A DNA stretch of 64,000 bases, taken from Naegleria gruberi. Taxonomy: Eukaryota. The stretch is taken from the NCBI GenBank assembly GCA_000004985.1, contig GG738846.1, one strand, 5' to 3'. The translations under genes and the position numbers were made by a program. The notes under the pieces are model-generated. The model searched no databases. It was not told the origin of the DNA and was given only the letters and a program-made list of their open reading frames with translations. Positions 11,295 to 23,183 of the stretch are shown here, in pieces (position 1 is the first letter of the stretch; every line of letters starts with the position of its first letter).

Positions 11295-12978
11295 TTATTC
11301 ATTCTTCTGCTTTTTGAGATAATTAATTTCTTTTGAATTGGCATGGAAGGAGTTTCGTTTTCTTTTAGAAAAGCTTTGCTCTTCAGATGTTGGAGTGGTT
11401 GCATCACTATTCGATGCAGTATCACTCTCTTCATTTGGTGGATTGGGCACCAAACGATCAAATAAAGACCATTCAAATAAATCAGATGCCCTTTTACAGA
11501 ACTCTACACCTCTAACACTGTTTCCTCTTGGATCTAGACGAGGAGAAAACAAGCACATTCCCATAACAGAAGGAATAACAATGCATATTGCCCCTGCAAC
11601 ACCAGACTTGGCTGGCAACCCAACTGTGCAGGACCAATTACCAGAAAAATCATACATTCCACAAGACAGCTAAATTTGAAATGTTAATACAAAAACATTT
11701 GAAACATACCATTAACTGAAGTGCACATTTTACCGTGTCATTTGATACAATTCTATTATTTGTTAGAGGGCAAGTTCCACCGTTTGCCAATGTTGCAGAC
11801 ATTGTAGCTAAACTGTTAGAATTGACAAGAATGGAACAAATTTGAAAATATAAATCTAGTGTGTCTTCCAATCTAGATTCTTCTGGAAATACATTATTTT
11901 CCTGCATATAATAAGCAAGAGCAAAATTACGATCTCCTGTTGATTTCTCACTTAGAAAGGTAGCATTATCAAAACCAATTTTACTGCCACCAGCAAATTT
12001 GGAAAATTTACTGGAAACATATGTAAATCTCTTTGATGGTGACAAGTCTGGTTTTACGAGTGAACATACAGTAATAGCTCCTGCATTAATCATTGGATTG
12101 TGTGGCTTATTTTCATCATCAAGTGTGAAAGCATTGAAACTTCCACCACTTGGTTCAAATCCAACATATTGATGAACATTGTCTGCTCCAATATCTTCAC
12201 AAACAATACAGTAGGTGAAAACTTTTGAGCAAGACTGAATAGTAAAATCAACATCACTATCCCCCAATGAAAAACGTTGACCATCTACTGTACAAATAGC
12301 CAATCCATATAATTCTGGATCCACTTCAGCTAATTGAGGGATATATGTAGCCACATTACCACCTTTGATTTCCTTTGTTTGTTCGAATATTTCTTTAATT
12401 TTAGAACAAAAGTTAGACCAATCTGGAATTGCCAATCTTCCAGTTAATGCCCTACTGATAATATTTGTATTTTCTCCGACAATATTATAAAAAGCATCAA
12501 AATCAATTACAACCTTCTTGTACTCATCAGAGTTTTCATCATAATTTCCATTATTAATACCAAGTATAATTTCTTTTATCAAATTTTTCAACTCTGGGTT
12601 ATTCTTGGAATCCAATCCTTCTTTTTTGAGAGCCATTTCCAAATCTCCAACAGTAATAAAACCTTGTTTTTTAACATCCAAATCCGAATATAATTTTGAA
12701 ATTAATTTACGTTCTTGTTCAAATTTTGTTTGAATTAAAACATCTGGTGATCTACCAAGACCGTTTAAAGAACCAATCGTTGGTGATGGAACTTCCGAAG
12801 ATGTTGATGCATTGAATACAGCATCATAAATTGTTTGTTCGGCCATGGCAGAGTCGTTATCAATTGTTGTTACTGGTGTATTATTGTTTTGAAGGGGATG
12901 TGATCGTGGATGATGAACAAGATGTAATGGAGTATCTGTTTCCTCTGGATAAACAAAAGGGTTTTTACTGTCTTTCAT
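11295..12978 (-). CDS. GLS: Kidney-type (GLS-like) glutaminase, about 547 aa, two exons. It has an EF-hand-like N-terminal region and no C-terminal ankyrin repeats.
   Basis: Exons 11710-12978 and 11295-11669 are joined across a 40-nt GTATGT..TTTAG intron (11670-11709). Splicing restores the conserved junction ...CALQLM|LSCGMYDFSG. The protein has strong glutaminase signatures (YIPQLA, CTVDGQRFSLGD, KPHNPMINAGAI, GDRNFALAYY, VGLPAKSGVAGAI). Confidence 0.85.
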
Positions 12979-13033
12979 TTTTTTTGTTGTGTTATGATTT
13001 TTATCAGAGCTATTCTTTAATAAAAATACAATA

Positions 13034-14666
13034 TTATTTTCTCTTCAGATTAAAATAGGAAAAAATTGGGTTACCAAGAACTGGTTCTTTTGGAATGGTA
13101 ACTGTTTGATTTTGAGGTTGATAACCATCCTTTGATACTTGAATAGTAAAGGTTCCAGGAGGTAACAATCTCCAGAAAAATCCATTAGAATTAGAATTAA
13201 TAATCTTTGCATTATTAATTACAGTTACATTAGCTCCAATAACTGCATTTCCAATATCATCTGAAACAATACCAACTGCAGAATACTTCAATTGATCCAT
13301 ATAAGCAATTAGAGCGTCCTTATTTTGATCCCAATATCCATCTAAGTGATCTTCAGGAGCAATATACTCCTCAGTCAACTCTAAAGTAAGTTCATAACAA
13401 TTAGCTCCAAAGTAATTATAATCGGCCATGGAATGTCTGAATAAAATTCGAATTAATCTAAAAATGAAAAAGAAAAGCTTACCTAACAACCCACCATTGG
13501 GCACCATTGGTAATACCTCCTGGGAATCTCTTACTCAAGTGCATAACAGTGTTAGTGTCTGCATAAACTGATGCAACTTGTTTGAAGAAGGTATCATCAG
13601 GTGTGGCAGAATAATTACAATCCTTTGACAAGGCAGTATCGAAAGGATAGTTAGCAACAACTACACCTCCATGTAGATTGGCTGACAAAATAAATGATTC
13701 CTTTGAAATCCAGTTCAAAACTGCAATAGTTTCTGGTTGGAATGGATCATCAGGCTTACCAAAATAAAAGTCTGGGAAGTTTCTATTCAAATCAACACCG
13801 TTTGCATTTCTTCTTTGTTTAAGCTCATAACCATCAGGGTTCATAGATGGCATAATATAAACATCCATATAATCAAGAATGGAAGTTACTCTTACATCAC
13901 CAGCATTATACAAGTTCAAGAGATATTCAATAAAATAGAGAATTACTTCTCTTCCAACAGTTTCGTTACCGTGCATGTTTGCAATATATTTGAACTTTGG
14001 TTTTTCATATCTCAAGTTTGTATTTGGTCTACCAATAACTTTTGTACCAAAAAGTTTCATAACCCATAATTCTCTTTGTTGGACTGATTGACCAACAGAG
14101 AAGAGTACAGATAAATGAGGATTGGCAGCGTTGAGAGCCTTCAATTTAGCTGTCATTTGCACATAGTCATGATTTGAAAGCAAATTCTTTGCTGCTCTTT
14201 TGTCAAGGGAGGATTTTCTTGTTGTGGTATTGAATAATCTTTTAACAATGATTGGAGTCTTGCTCTTACTTTCTGCATTAATTTCATCAATTTGATGTTC
14301 CAATCTGTGTACTTGATTTTCATTCTTCATTTCAACAATGAACATTCTTTCTTTTTGTAATTGTTGAGCGAGAGATGAAAGAAAGTCATTTCCATTCCCA
14401 ATTAACATCTTGTCGAGTGGTTTTCTAATTCTAATAGAGGCCTTATCAAACATTTTTGCGTGTCTTCCTTCAACAAAAACTTTTTCTAATTCTTGTCTAT
14501 TTAATCCCATTACTAGTACAGAAAATTCAGACAACATTCCTGCACTGCTAGTGCCCGTATGTAATGTTATCTTTGTAGAGGATGAGTGAATTAAAATCAT
14601 CACGGTCATCATCATTATTATGCCCTTCATCAGATGCACTGATGAAAATCGTTGTTGTTGTTTCAT
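13034..14666 (-). CDS. Zinc metallocarboxypeptidase of the M14 family (CPD/CPE-like N/E subfamily). It has a signal-peptide-like N-terminus and a C-terminal transthyretin-like beta domain, about 528 aa.
   Basis: Exons 13483-14666 and 13034-13436 are joined by a 46-nt GTAAGC..TTCAG intron. The junction ...GGITNGAQWWVVR|HSMADYNYFGANCYELTLEL matches CPE/CPD. It has the HGNE zinc-binding motif and the NRNFPD motif, and the C-terminus LLPPGTFTIQVSKDGYQP is transthyretin-like. N-terminus: MKGIIMMMTVMILIHSS. Confidence 0.8.
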
Positions 14667-15124
14667 TGGTTCTGTGAAAGAAACGAGAATCTCTCTTTGT
14701 TATCCCGAGTTGTTTATGACGGAGCGGTTTGTTGTTCTTTTTTCTGAGCAATTTGTTTGAAAATTACAATCTAAGCTCTGCTCAGAGCTAGGACTCCACA
14801 ACAATTCGGAAGCAATTACCAAATTATTATTGCTAATGAAATAATTGGAAGCGTGTTTACAAAATTTGGCTCCTTCAGGAGTTAACAACTCCCTTAAAAA
14901 TCTTGAACGTTTGTCTCAGTTAATAAAAGAAACAATAAGTTTCCAATGACATTCAATTTTTAATCTTCGTCTGAAAATTATCAAATCCAATAATTGACCA
15001 ATAGGATACCTACATATTAACCAAACAAGTATTGATATTTTGCTTTTTGTTTGCCTTTAAGTTTTTAACAACAGGTTAAATGAATTATTTATTCTATTTA
15101 AATTTTAAATAATTCTATTTAAAA
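14667..15124. promoter_or_regulatory. 458-bp divergent intergenic region between the carboxypeptidase (-) and SAC3 (+) start codons. It contains short perfect hairpins.
   Basis: Both flanking ATGs point outward. It holds the palindrome AGCTCTG-C-TCAGAGCT at about 14774-14789 and the stem-loop GGAGTT-AACA-ACTCC at about 14878-14892. The small ORFs here (14548-14751, 14700-14888) look spurious. Confidence 0.3.
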
Positions 15125-18100
15125 ATGCCACCAAGAGAAGCAAGAGGAAATTCCAACCCATCATCTGGCTCTTCTCGATACCACAGATCATTTAAGAATA
15201 CATCGGATAATACCGATGAACAACAACATAAACCTTCAAGAGGGAATTATAGAGGGGGATATAGAGGAAACTCTCGTTCAAATTCTTCTTCAAGAACAGA
15301 GGAAACAAATGACACAAACACACAAAAATCGACTTCTCACAGAGGAGGACACAATACACAAAGAGGACCTTACATACCAAGAAATTCAGAGGATTTATCG
15401 GAAGGTTTACCTAAAACAAGAGTTAAGCCATACAAACCTGGTTTTATTAAAAAACAAAAATCCGAAACACTTCCCAATTTTCAAATAGTAGCAAGAAATG
15501 ATGAAGATGAGGAAAGTTCACAAACATCAAATAGGACAAAAAAACAACCATTTAAAAAACCGAATCCAAAAGATTTAGTTTGGGAAAGATCTGCTGAAAG
15601 AGATGATGAGCAGGCTCCAAAACCTCCAAAACAAACTTTTCAAAAACAACCATTTAAAAAACCGAACCCAAAAGATTTGGTTTGGGAAAGGCCTGCTGAA
15701 AGAGATGATGAACAGATTCCAAAACAAAAATTAAAGAAACAACCATTTAAAAAACCGAATCCAAAAGATTTGGTTTGGGAAAGGCCTCCCGAAAAGGATA
15801 ATCAAAGATTTAAAGAAGGAAAAAATCTACATTTACAAATTTTCAAATAGTAGCAAATAATGACGACAAGGACGAGGAGCAAAATACTCAAAAACCACAT
15901 AGAAAGCAACCATTTCAAAAACCAAATCCAAAAGATTTAGTTTGGGAAAGGCCTGCTGAAAGAGATGATGAACAGATTCCAAAACAAACTTTCCAAAAAC
16001 AACCATTTAAAAAACCGAATCCTAAAGATTTGGTTTGGGAAAGACCTGTAGATAAGGATGAGCCAACTCTAACAAATAGAATTGCAAAAAAACAACCATT
16101 TAAAAAACCAAATCCAAAAGATTTAGTTTGGGAAAGGCCTGCTGAGAGAGACGATGAGCAGGCTCCAAAACAAACTTTTCAAAAACAACCATTTAAAAAA
16201 CCGAATCCAAAAGATTTGGTTTGGGAAAGGCCTGCTGAAAGAGATGATGAAGAATCCGAACACTCTCATACACCATCTGGAATTCACAAATATTTAGATG
16301 ATTTATCACATGGCCCAAATATATTTACCCTACCACAAGGATTTTCTGGATTTGGCTCTTACAGAGATTCTAATTTACCAGATAATAATTTATTCGAAAT
16401 TTCTAAACCAAAAATTGTAAATATCAACGAGGATGAAGAGGATAATATAATCAAATCTGACGAGAAAGGGGTATTATTTGAGGATGAAGAACAAGACGAA
16501 GAGTATTATGTAGAAAAAGACCAAACAGACAATGAGCAAGATGAAGAGGATAATCATGACGAGGAAGATCAAGAAGAAGACTATAATAATTTTGTTATTG
16601 AAAGAAAATCTTCCTCATCGTATGATGAAAACGACAGTGAAAGACAAATCCTAACAATTCCCCCTAAAACACATGAAAAGAATGAAAAGGACATTATCTA
16701 CTCGAAACTGAAAACTATGGAATCAAAGACAAAAATTTGGGAAAAAAGCTATCCAATCAAGGCTAACTCAATTATTGGTACATGTCAGGACAAATGCCCA
16801 AAACAAGAGATTACCAACAGAGAAAAGGATAACGATCTCAGTTTATTTGAAAAGACAGGAAAGATCATTATAGACGAGCATGGTATTAAGATGTACAAAG
16901 CAGATCCTAATGCTTGCGTGAAAAAGTATGCCAGATCTGCTGCAGCCGTTCATGCTGATCCTTCACTAATTCGTCCTCCTCTAATACTCAAGAAAACATT
17001 GGAATATTTGACCCATAATATTTTAGAACGTAAAGAAGAGTATCATACTATATATTTTTTTATTAGAGACAGAGCTAGAAGTATTATCCAAGACCTAACA
17101 ATACAAGACATCAGAGATGAACGAAGTGTAGACTTACATGAAATAATTTCAAGGTTTCACATAATGAGTCATCACTTACTAGCAGATGTAGGAGAAGAAT
17201 TATCAGATCCTCATCAAAATCTTGAATTAATGAGCAAATGGCTTAAAAGCTTACAGGAGCTCTATTTTGAATTAAGATCTAATGGAATTGAATGTCCAAA
17301 TGAGTCAGAGTTCACTGCTTACTATATACTTGTAAAGATTACTTCAGATCAAGAAGTTGCCAAGTGTTTGAGAAACCTTCCTTCCAAAGTCAGCAAGTCT
17401 CCAGAGGTATTGTTCGCCCTTAAGGTTTACGGAGCATTTTCTACTAAAAATTATGTACGATATTTTGAATTGGTCAAGCAAGCAAGTTACCTAAGTGCAT
17501 GTCTAATGCACATGTATTTTGCACATATCAGAGAAGAAGCTCTCAGAATTATGAATACAGCATTTAATATTAAGGTCACTGATATTTCCAAGGCTGGTAG
17601 ATATCCAATATCTAAACTCGTAGATATTTTGGCATTTGAAACTAAAGGAGAGTGCACAGATTTTTGCAAAGCCCACGGTATTTATATTGACGGGGATGAT
17701 GTATTATTCAAATACTCCACGTTCGTAACACCTGACAAGAAAATCAAATCAAAGAGGTCATTGAGGTTGATTGAATCAAAGGTTGCTGGCATTAGATACT
17801 CTGATCTTGTAAATTTAAATTTTCGGATAGCTCCAGAACCTTCCAAAACACCGCCGAAAGAATTAGAAACTAAAATCAATGAGTCACCTCAGAAAATCGA
17901 GATAATCAATCCACCAACTCAAGTGCAAATAGTTCCTCCAGCTTCCCAACCAAAACCACCAACACCTGCTCTTATTCAGAGTGCTATTCCAAAGGAAGTA
18001 ATAAGAGAACCTGAAACAAAAATACCATTGGTAACTCAGCAACCACCATCTAGGTATGATGTTCCACATGTCAATCCACCCTCCACTTTTGTTCCACCCA

Positions 18101-20181
18101 AACCAACTACACAAGAAAATAGACCAATCTTTCCTCCAATTGTTTTTAGTCCTTCCCAGATGCCACCTTTTAACATAATCAAGTCACCAAATCCTCCAAT
18201 TCCACCTACTCTAATTCAACCACAACCACCTGTAGCTTTTAAAACTCAATCACATAGAAACGAAATTTCTATTGATCCCTTGATTCCTCAAATCCCAGTC
18301 TCCCCAATTAAACCCCTAGGTCCGACTGAGGAGGAAACCAAAAAAGAACTGAAAAGCAAATATTTTTCATTATTGAAGAAATATGCAGAAAGGAAAAAGA
18401 GAATTCGTGCAAGTAGGAAACAACACATCAGCAATGCAATGGACTTTGTACTCCAAGAAAATATTATGTCAGATGATTATGAAGAAGATCAATCAATGTG
18501 CAAATATTACAAACACATATTCAAGAAGAGATATCTCAGCCAATTATACCAACCTCTTGACTTGGCTTCTCTTATCTTTAATTCACCTGTTACTGACAAG
18601 ATTGATACATTTTTCAGCTTTTTTTGGAAACTAATGATAGTACCAGGAACAAACAGCACTCATCTTAATGAATGGATTGCGGCAAAATTTTCTCGCCCAA
18701 ATAGTGATGACTATTTGTGTAATTTTATAGTAAACGGTAAGGACGTGGATTCCCTACCAAGACCCAAGAAAAACACAGAACTACATATTTGTGCACGAAC
18801 CCCCAAAGACTCAAGGTCATGGAGAGGTACTTCCTCAATAATTTTCATATTGGATAATCCCAACAATACCGATTTACAGACATATTTCTCACTAGAAAAA
18901 AAGAGGTTACACCAACATTTTTCAAATTTAGGCTTATTTAATGATACTCATATCCCTATTCTAATTCTCTTTGATAAGAGCTGGTTTCACAATAGCAGTG
19001 AAAATATGCTAAAGGAGCATTTCCTTCACATTATCTATGAAGATTTTAAATGCTTTTCAAATGTGGAATATGTAGGCATTAATTTTACTCACCTACTAAA
19101 CTTTCCCTCATCAGAAGAAATTGCTATTTTAAATCAAGTTTTAGAAAATTACACCTTGTGGCTTGCAAATAACTCCTCCGATCCACCTCTTCTCCACACA
19201 TATTCTATTAGAGATTTGATAGAAGAAACAACTTTTTCACACATTCGAAAATTGTTGATCGATATTGATCCAAATGCTAGAAATGGTATAACTGTTAAGG
19301 ATTTGATACTTGTATACAATGATGTGTGTGAATCGCTATCCCATCAGACTATTTCAGAGACTGAAAGAATGAGAAAACTAAATTGGCCAGCTCCAGAGTT
19401 TGAAAAGTATTGCGATTGGAACACAGATGAAAATGCAATACTTCAAAAAGAGCTTTTAGGTCAATTATCATTACCAACCATTGATCTAACTCTCTACAAC
19501 TCTAAACATATTGTTGACAATTTGTATAGCTCATGTAAGCAGTATGTGACAACCCTGTATACAAAACGTAAGATTTATCATCCAGCCATTTCCAGTCAAT
19601 CCATCAAGCAGTTGGTTAAGGAACTTGTTAACGGTGGTGGATATGCTGCTAGTATCAAAATCTTTGAAATGTTCATTGAGATACATTTAACCTTGCTCTT
19701 TGATAAGGATCCACTTTATAGTTTTGTTTTCACCACAGCAGAATTCAAAAGTATTGCCAATTCAGTTTTGGAGAGGCTCAGATATAGCTCAAACCCATTC
19801 ATCGAATCGTCATTAAGGGCTTCGTATGGGTTAAAAATGTCTCTCAATTCAGACAAGACTAATTTTGAGACTTTTAGAAATCTTAAACGTATTATCAAAG
19901 AATCCACTCAAGAAAAAAACCAAGATTGTAAGAAGAGAAAACTTGTTACCTATATTGATATTAATCAATGTATAGGGATGCACACCCAATTATCAAACAA
20001 AATTAGTGAGCAAAGAAGTCTATTTTCTCATCTCGAATCAGCCCCATCCGATCTTAGTTACCACTCTATTGTAGATACAGATATGAGTGACACAGTATCC
20101 ACCAGTGACAGTTGTCAGTCCTGCATTGATTCCCTCAAATTACTACAAGAAAAACTTGAAATGTATAGAAAGGGTATTTAA
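15125..20181 (+). CDS. SAC3: SAC3/GANP-domain protein (TREX-2 / nuclear mRNA export scaffold). The N-terminal region is built from tandem ~31-aa repeats, and the gene model has a frame break near 15845.
   Basis: ORF 16030-20181 (its frame is open from about 15822) contains the SAC3/GANP homology region (CPKQEITNREKDNDLSLFEK..MYKADPNACVKKYARSAA..IRPPLILKKTLEYL..YFFIRDRARSIIQDLTIQ). ORF 15125-15850 (ATG at 15125) carries the same QPFKKPNPKDLVWERPAERDDEQ repeats in a frame shifted by +1. No GT..AG pair reconciles the two frames, so this is either an indel or an assembly error inside the repeats. Confidence 0.65.
15541..16260 (+). repeat. In-frame coding tandem repeat array. About 7 copies of an ~93-nt unit (periods 86-168 nt) encode QPFKKPNPKDLVWERPAERDDEQ(A/I)PKQTFQK.
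   Basis: Near-identical DNA copies of caaccatttaaaaaaccgaatccaaaagatttRgtttgggaaagg start at about 15547, 15651, 15737, 15905, 15998, 16093 and 16186. Confidence 0.8.
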
Positions 20182-20189
20182 TAAAGTGC

Positions 20190-21425
20190 TCAGATTTTGA
20201 ACGTTTGGTAAATATTTTCCTTATTGAGTTCAGTTAGAGGAGACAATCCACTTGTCATATCAACCGATTTTGTTTGTTTTTGTTTTTCAAATTCTGTCTT
20301 TTCTTTAAGGAAAGCCAATCTTTCTTTTTCTAATTGTTTTTCCTTTTCTTCTAATTTTTCTTCCTTCTTCTTTATGAATTGTTCTCTTTTTTCTAATGCC
20401 TTTTCTTTTTCCTTGAGGATCTTGTAGCGTTGTTTGATATAGGTATCGAAAATATTAAATCTCACAATAGATGTTTCACAAATTTCAACAATGGAAATTC
20501 TTTTTTTTGGCTTCAATTAAATGTAAGAGGTTGGTAGTTGAAACACTATACTTACATCTACACAAATCATTCTATTGATTAATTCAGAAACCTCCTTACT
20601 GTAACAAGATGGAATTGGATTGAATTTTCCAGCTGCAATCTTCTTTTCAAGTAACACAGCATTTGGAGCTTTAAAAGGAGGCTCCAAGGTGCACAACTCA
20701 TACAAAATACATCCCAGAGACCAGATATCACAACTTTCGTCATACCCTTGATCACTCAATTGATCTGACAATAATTCAGGAGGCATATAGTAAGGTGTTC
20801 CAAGTCTTGTGTGAGCAAACTTTGATTGGTCCGATAAAATTCTTGCCAATCCAAAATCACCCAACTTTACATTCAAATCTTTATCCAAGAAAATATTTCC
20901 TGGTTTCAAATCTCTATGAATAACTTTTCCACTCTTTCTTGTGTGACATTCTTTTAATGCACAACAAACTTCGGAAAAGATTTTCAGAACTGTTGCTTCT
21001 TCAATTTTACCAGATGTTTTCTTAATGGATTGTATAAATTTACCCAAATCTCCACCCTCACAGCACTCCATCAAAATGTACAATTTTCTCTTGTTTTTAT
21101 CAATGTACCTATTAAAATATTTAACTATATTCTTGTTTTCCAAATCTTTGAGAATGTTAACCTCTAAATAAATGTATGTTTTTTATCACCCTCAAGTCTC
21201 TTACTTACCAGTGACTATTAATTGCTTTTCCTTCTCCGACATTCGGCCATAATCAATCTCTTTCCACACATATATCCTATGATCCTTCTTGGATTTAACC
21301 TTATACTTTTTATAGGGATAGAATTATAGTTAAAATTTATGGAAATGATTTAAACCTACCACACTTCCAAAGCTACCATGCCCTAATTGTTCTACAACAT
21401 CAAAATCGGCTAATCCTGTCTCCAT
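20190..21425 (-). CDS. NIMA-related Ser/Thr protein kinase (NEK2-like), about 363 aa, with a C-terminal coiled coil. Four exons.
   Basis: Exons 21360-21425, 21209-21305, 20556-21163 and 20190-20510 are joined by introns of 54, 45 and 45 nt (GTAGGT/GTAAGT..AG). The spliced sequence reads METGLADFDVVEQLGHGSFGSV|YKVKSKKDHRIYVWKEIDYGRMSEKEKQLIVT|EVNILKDL... It has the catalytic loop HRDLKPGNIFLD and the DFG motif (DFGLAR), followed by GTPYYMPPE. The NEK2-like C-terminus PKKRISIVEI is followed by a Glu/Lys coiled coil. Total CDS length is divisible by 3. Confidence 0.8.
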
Positions 21426-21535
21426 ATTGCTGTTAATGAAATGTTGTATTTTTTTTAACAATGTGTAACGTTTCGATTCTAGAAATATTGAGCGGTTAAG
21501 GAACATTTGGCGGGAAAAATAAAAATTTTACTTGC

Positions 21536-23077
21536 TTAAATATTAAATTGTTTCTTATCAACAACAAGTTCATTTCTTCCGTACCATTCAAATTCACCAA
21601 ACAAGTTATCAAATTTACCCAATTGTAAACTTTGTAATCGGAAAGTAACACGAGGTCCAACTTCTTGAATTTTTACACCCTTAGTTACAGTTACAGACTT
21701 GGCACGATCTTTTACACCCTGTTCAATGTTATTTTCGTCACACTCTTCTTCTTCACTTTCGTCTTCATCATCTGATTGTTGAATGTCCATTTCATTATTG
21801 ACAACTTTCAATTGGTTATTCAATTTTTCAATCTCTTGTTTAACATTCTTGGCCAAATAGACATCATCACGGTCATACTCTGAATGGTCATTACCTTTGT
21901 TCTTTTCATCAACATCATAGAAATTATAAATGTGGTGTCTGAAGAATATAAAGTCACGTTGATTGTGCATGGTCACAACTCTTCTACCAGTAAAATTAGG
22001 TTTTTGTGGGAAAATTGCTTGGAACATTCTAGCAACTCTATAACCCAATCTTGTGGTAAAGTTATTTAAAATCAATTCTGGATAAAACTTTTGACAATAG
22101 TTTCTATCCACTTTGGCAATATTTCTCAAATCCTTCTTAAGTTTTGGGAATGAAAGTCTAAATGTAGCACATGGTCCAGTTGGTAAGTGAATGAGTAAAC
22201 ATGATGAAGGCTTGTTGTTTCTTTCTCCAATAACAATCACATCTGTAAAATCATTCTTTTCGGCGTATTCAATAACTTGCTTCACATAATAGTGTTTTCT
22301 TTTCATGTAAAAACTATTTGGAATACAGTTCAATAACTCCTTAATAAATGTCATTGTGAACTTTGAGGCGTTCTTGGCCTTATCCAACATGGCATTATAT
22401 TGAGTCGTAATGAGAACCTTTGGTTCTTTTCCATTTTTAAAATATTCTTCAAATTCGTCAATATCTTCTTCCTCTGCCAAAGTTTCTTGTTTTGATTTAT
22501 GAACCTGTTCATCAAAATTTTTCAAATATTCCAAATCATTTTCAGGATGGTAATTTGTCTTGTAAGGTGTAATAATAGATGGGTCATAGATACGTTTATC
22601 TTCTTGTGTTTTTGGTTGTTGGATTGGTACGCCCAAATCTCTTCTTTCTTTTCTATTCTTGTTTTGTAATAATCTTCTCAATTTACGTTGTTTGGTAATT
22701 ATTTCATGTTTGTGGTCACTGTTTTTAATTCTCTTTGCATTTATTCTAAGAATAGGATACTTGTCAACCAATTCTTGTCTTTCAACATAGGGTGTTGATT
22801 CATCAACATCAGGTACAATCTTTGCAGCTTCATGAATATTCTTCTTGTACTTTTTTTTGAATTCTTTCTTTTTTGCTTCCGAATCCTCTTCAGTATTTAA
22901 ATACTTGCTGACATTATAGTCCACTGTTTTGGTGTACCCATGTTGATTTTTATAATAGTGATCCTTCATCTTGTACAATTGATTCACATCGGTAATCACT
23001 TGGTTTTTCTTTTCCTCCTTTGAATTATTTGTTTTCTTTGGCATTGTTGTTATTTTTTCTTTTAAAATTATTTTCAA
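21536..23077 (-). CDS. RPF1: Brix-domain ribosome biogenesis protein of RPF1 type with a long basic N-terminal extension, 513 aa, single exon.
   Basis: ORF 21536-23077. The Brix region aligns closely with RPF1 (KVLITTQYN..LLNCIPNSFYMKRK..VIEYAEKNDFTDVIVIGERNNKP..LLIHLPTGPCATFRLS..LILNNFTTRLGYRVARMF..GRRVVTMHNQRDFIFFRHHIY). Confidence 0.8.
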   Translation of the reverse strand: MKIILKEKITTMPKKTNNSKEEKKNQVITDVNQLYKMKDHYYKNQHGYTKTVDYNVSKYLNTEEDSEAKKKEFKKKYKKNIHEAAKIVPDVDESTPYVERQELVDKYPILRINAKRIKNSDHKHEIITKQRKLRRLLQNKNRKERRDLGVPIQQPKTQEDKRIYDPSIITPYKTNYHPENDLEYLKNFDEQVHKSKQETLAEEEDIDEFEEYFKNGKEPKVLITTQYNAMLDKAKNASKFTMTFIKELLNCIPNSFYMKRKHYYVKQVIEYAEKNDFTDVIVIGERNNKPSSCLLIHLPTGPCATFRLSFPKLKKDLRNIAKVDRNYCQKFYPELILNNFTTRLGYRVARMFQAIFPQKPNFTGRRVVTMHNQRDFIFFRHHIYNFYDVDEKNKGNDHSEYDRDDVYLAKNVKQEIEKLNNQLKVVNNEMDIQQSDDEDESEEEECDENNIEQGVKDRAKSVTVTKGVKIQEVGPRVTFRLQSLQLGKFDNLFGEFEWYGRNELVVDKKQFNI

Positions 23078-23183
23078 TAGTTTGTTGATTTAAATAATTC
23101 AAACATATTTTTGATGTCAAGCATTACTACTATCGGAATCAACCATTATATACAATTATTTATTATTTACACTACTATTTACA

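Noticed and set aside
14548-14888. Small ORFs (67 and 62 aa) in the carboxypeptidase/SAC3 divergent region.
   Set aside because: They overlap the carboxypeptidase 5' end or sit in the promoter, with no homology and low complexity. They are likely non-coding.
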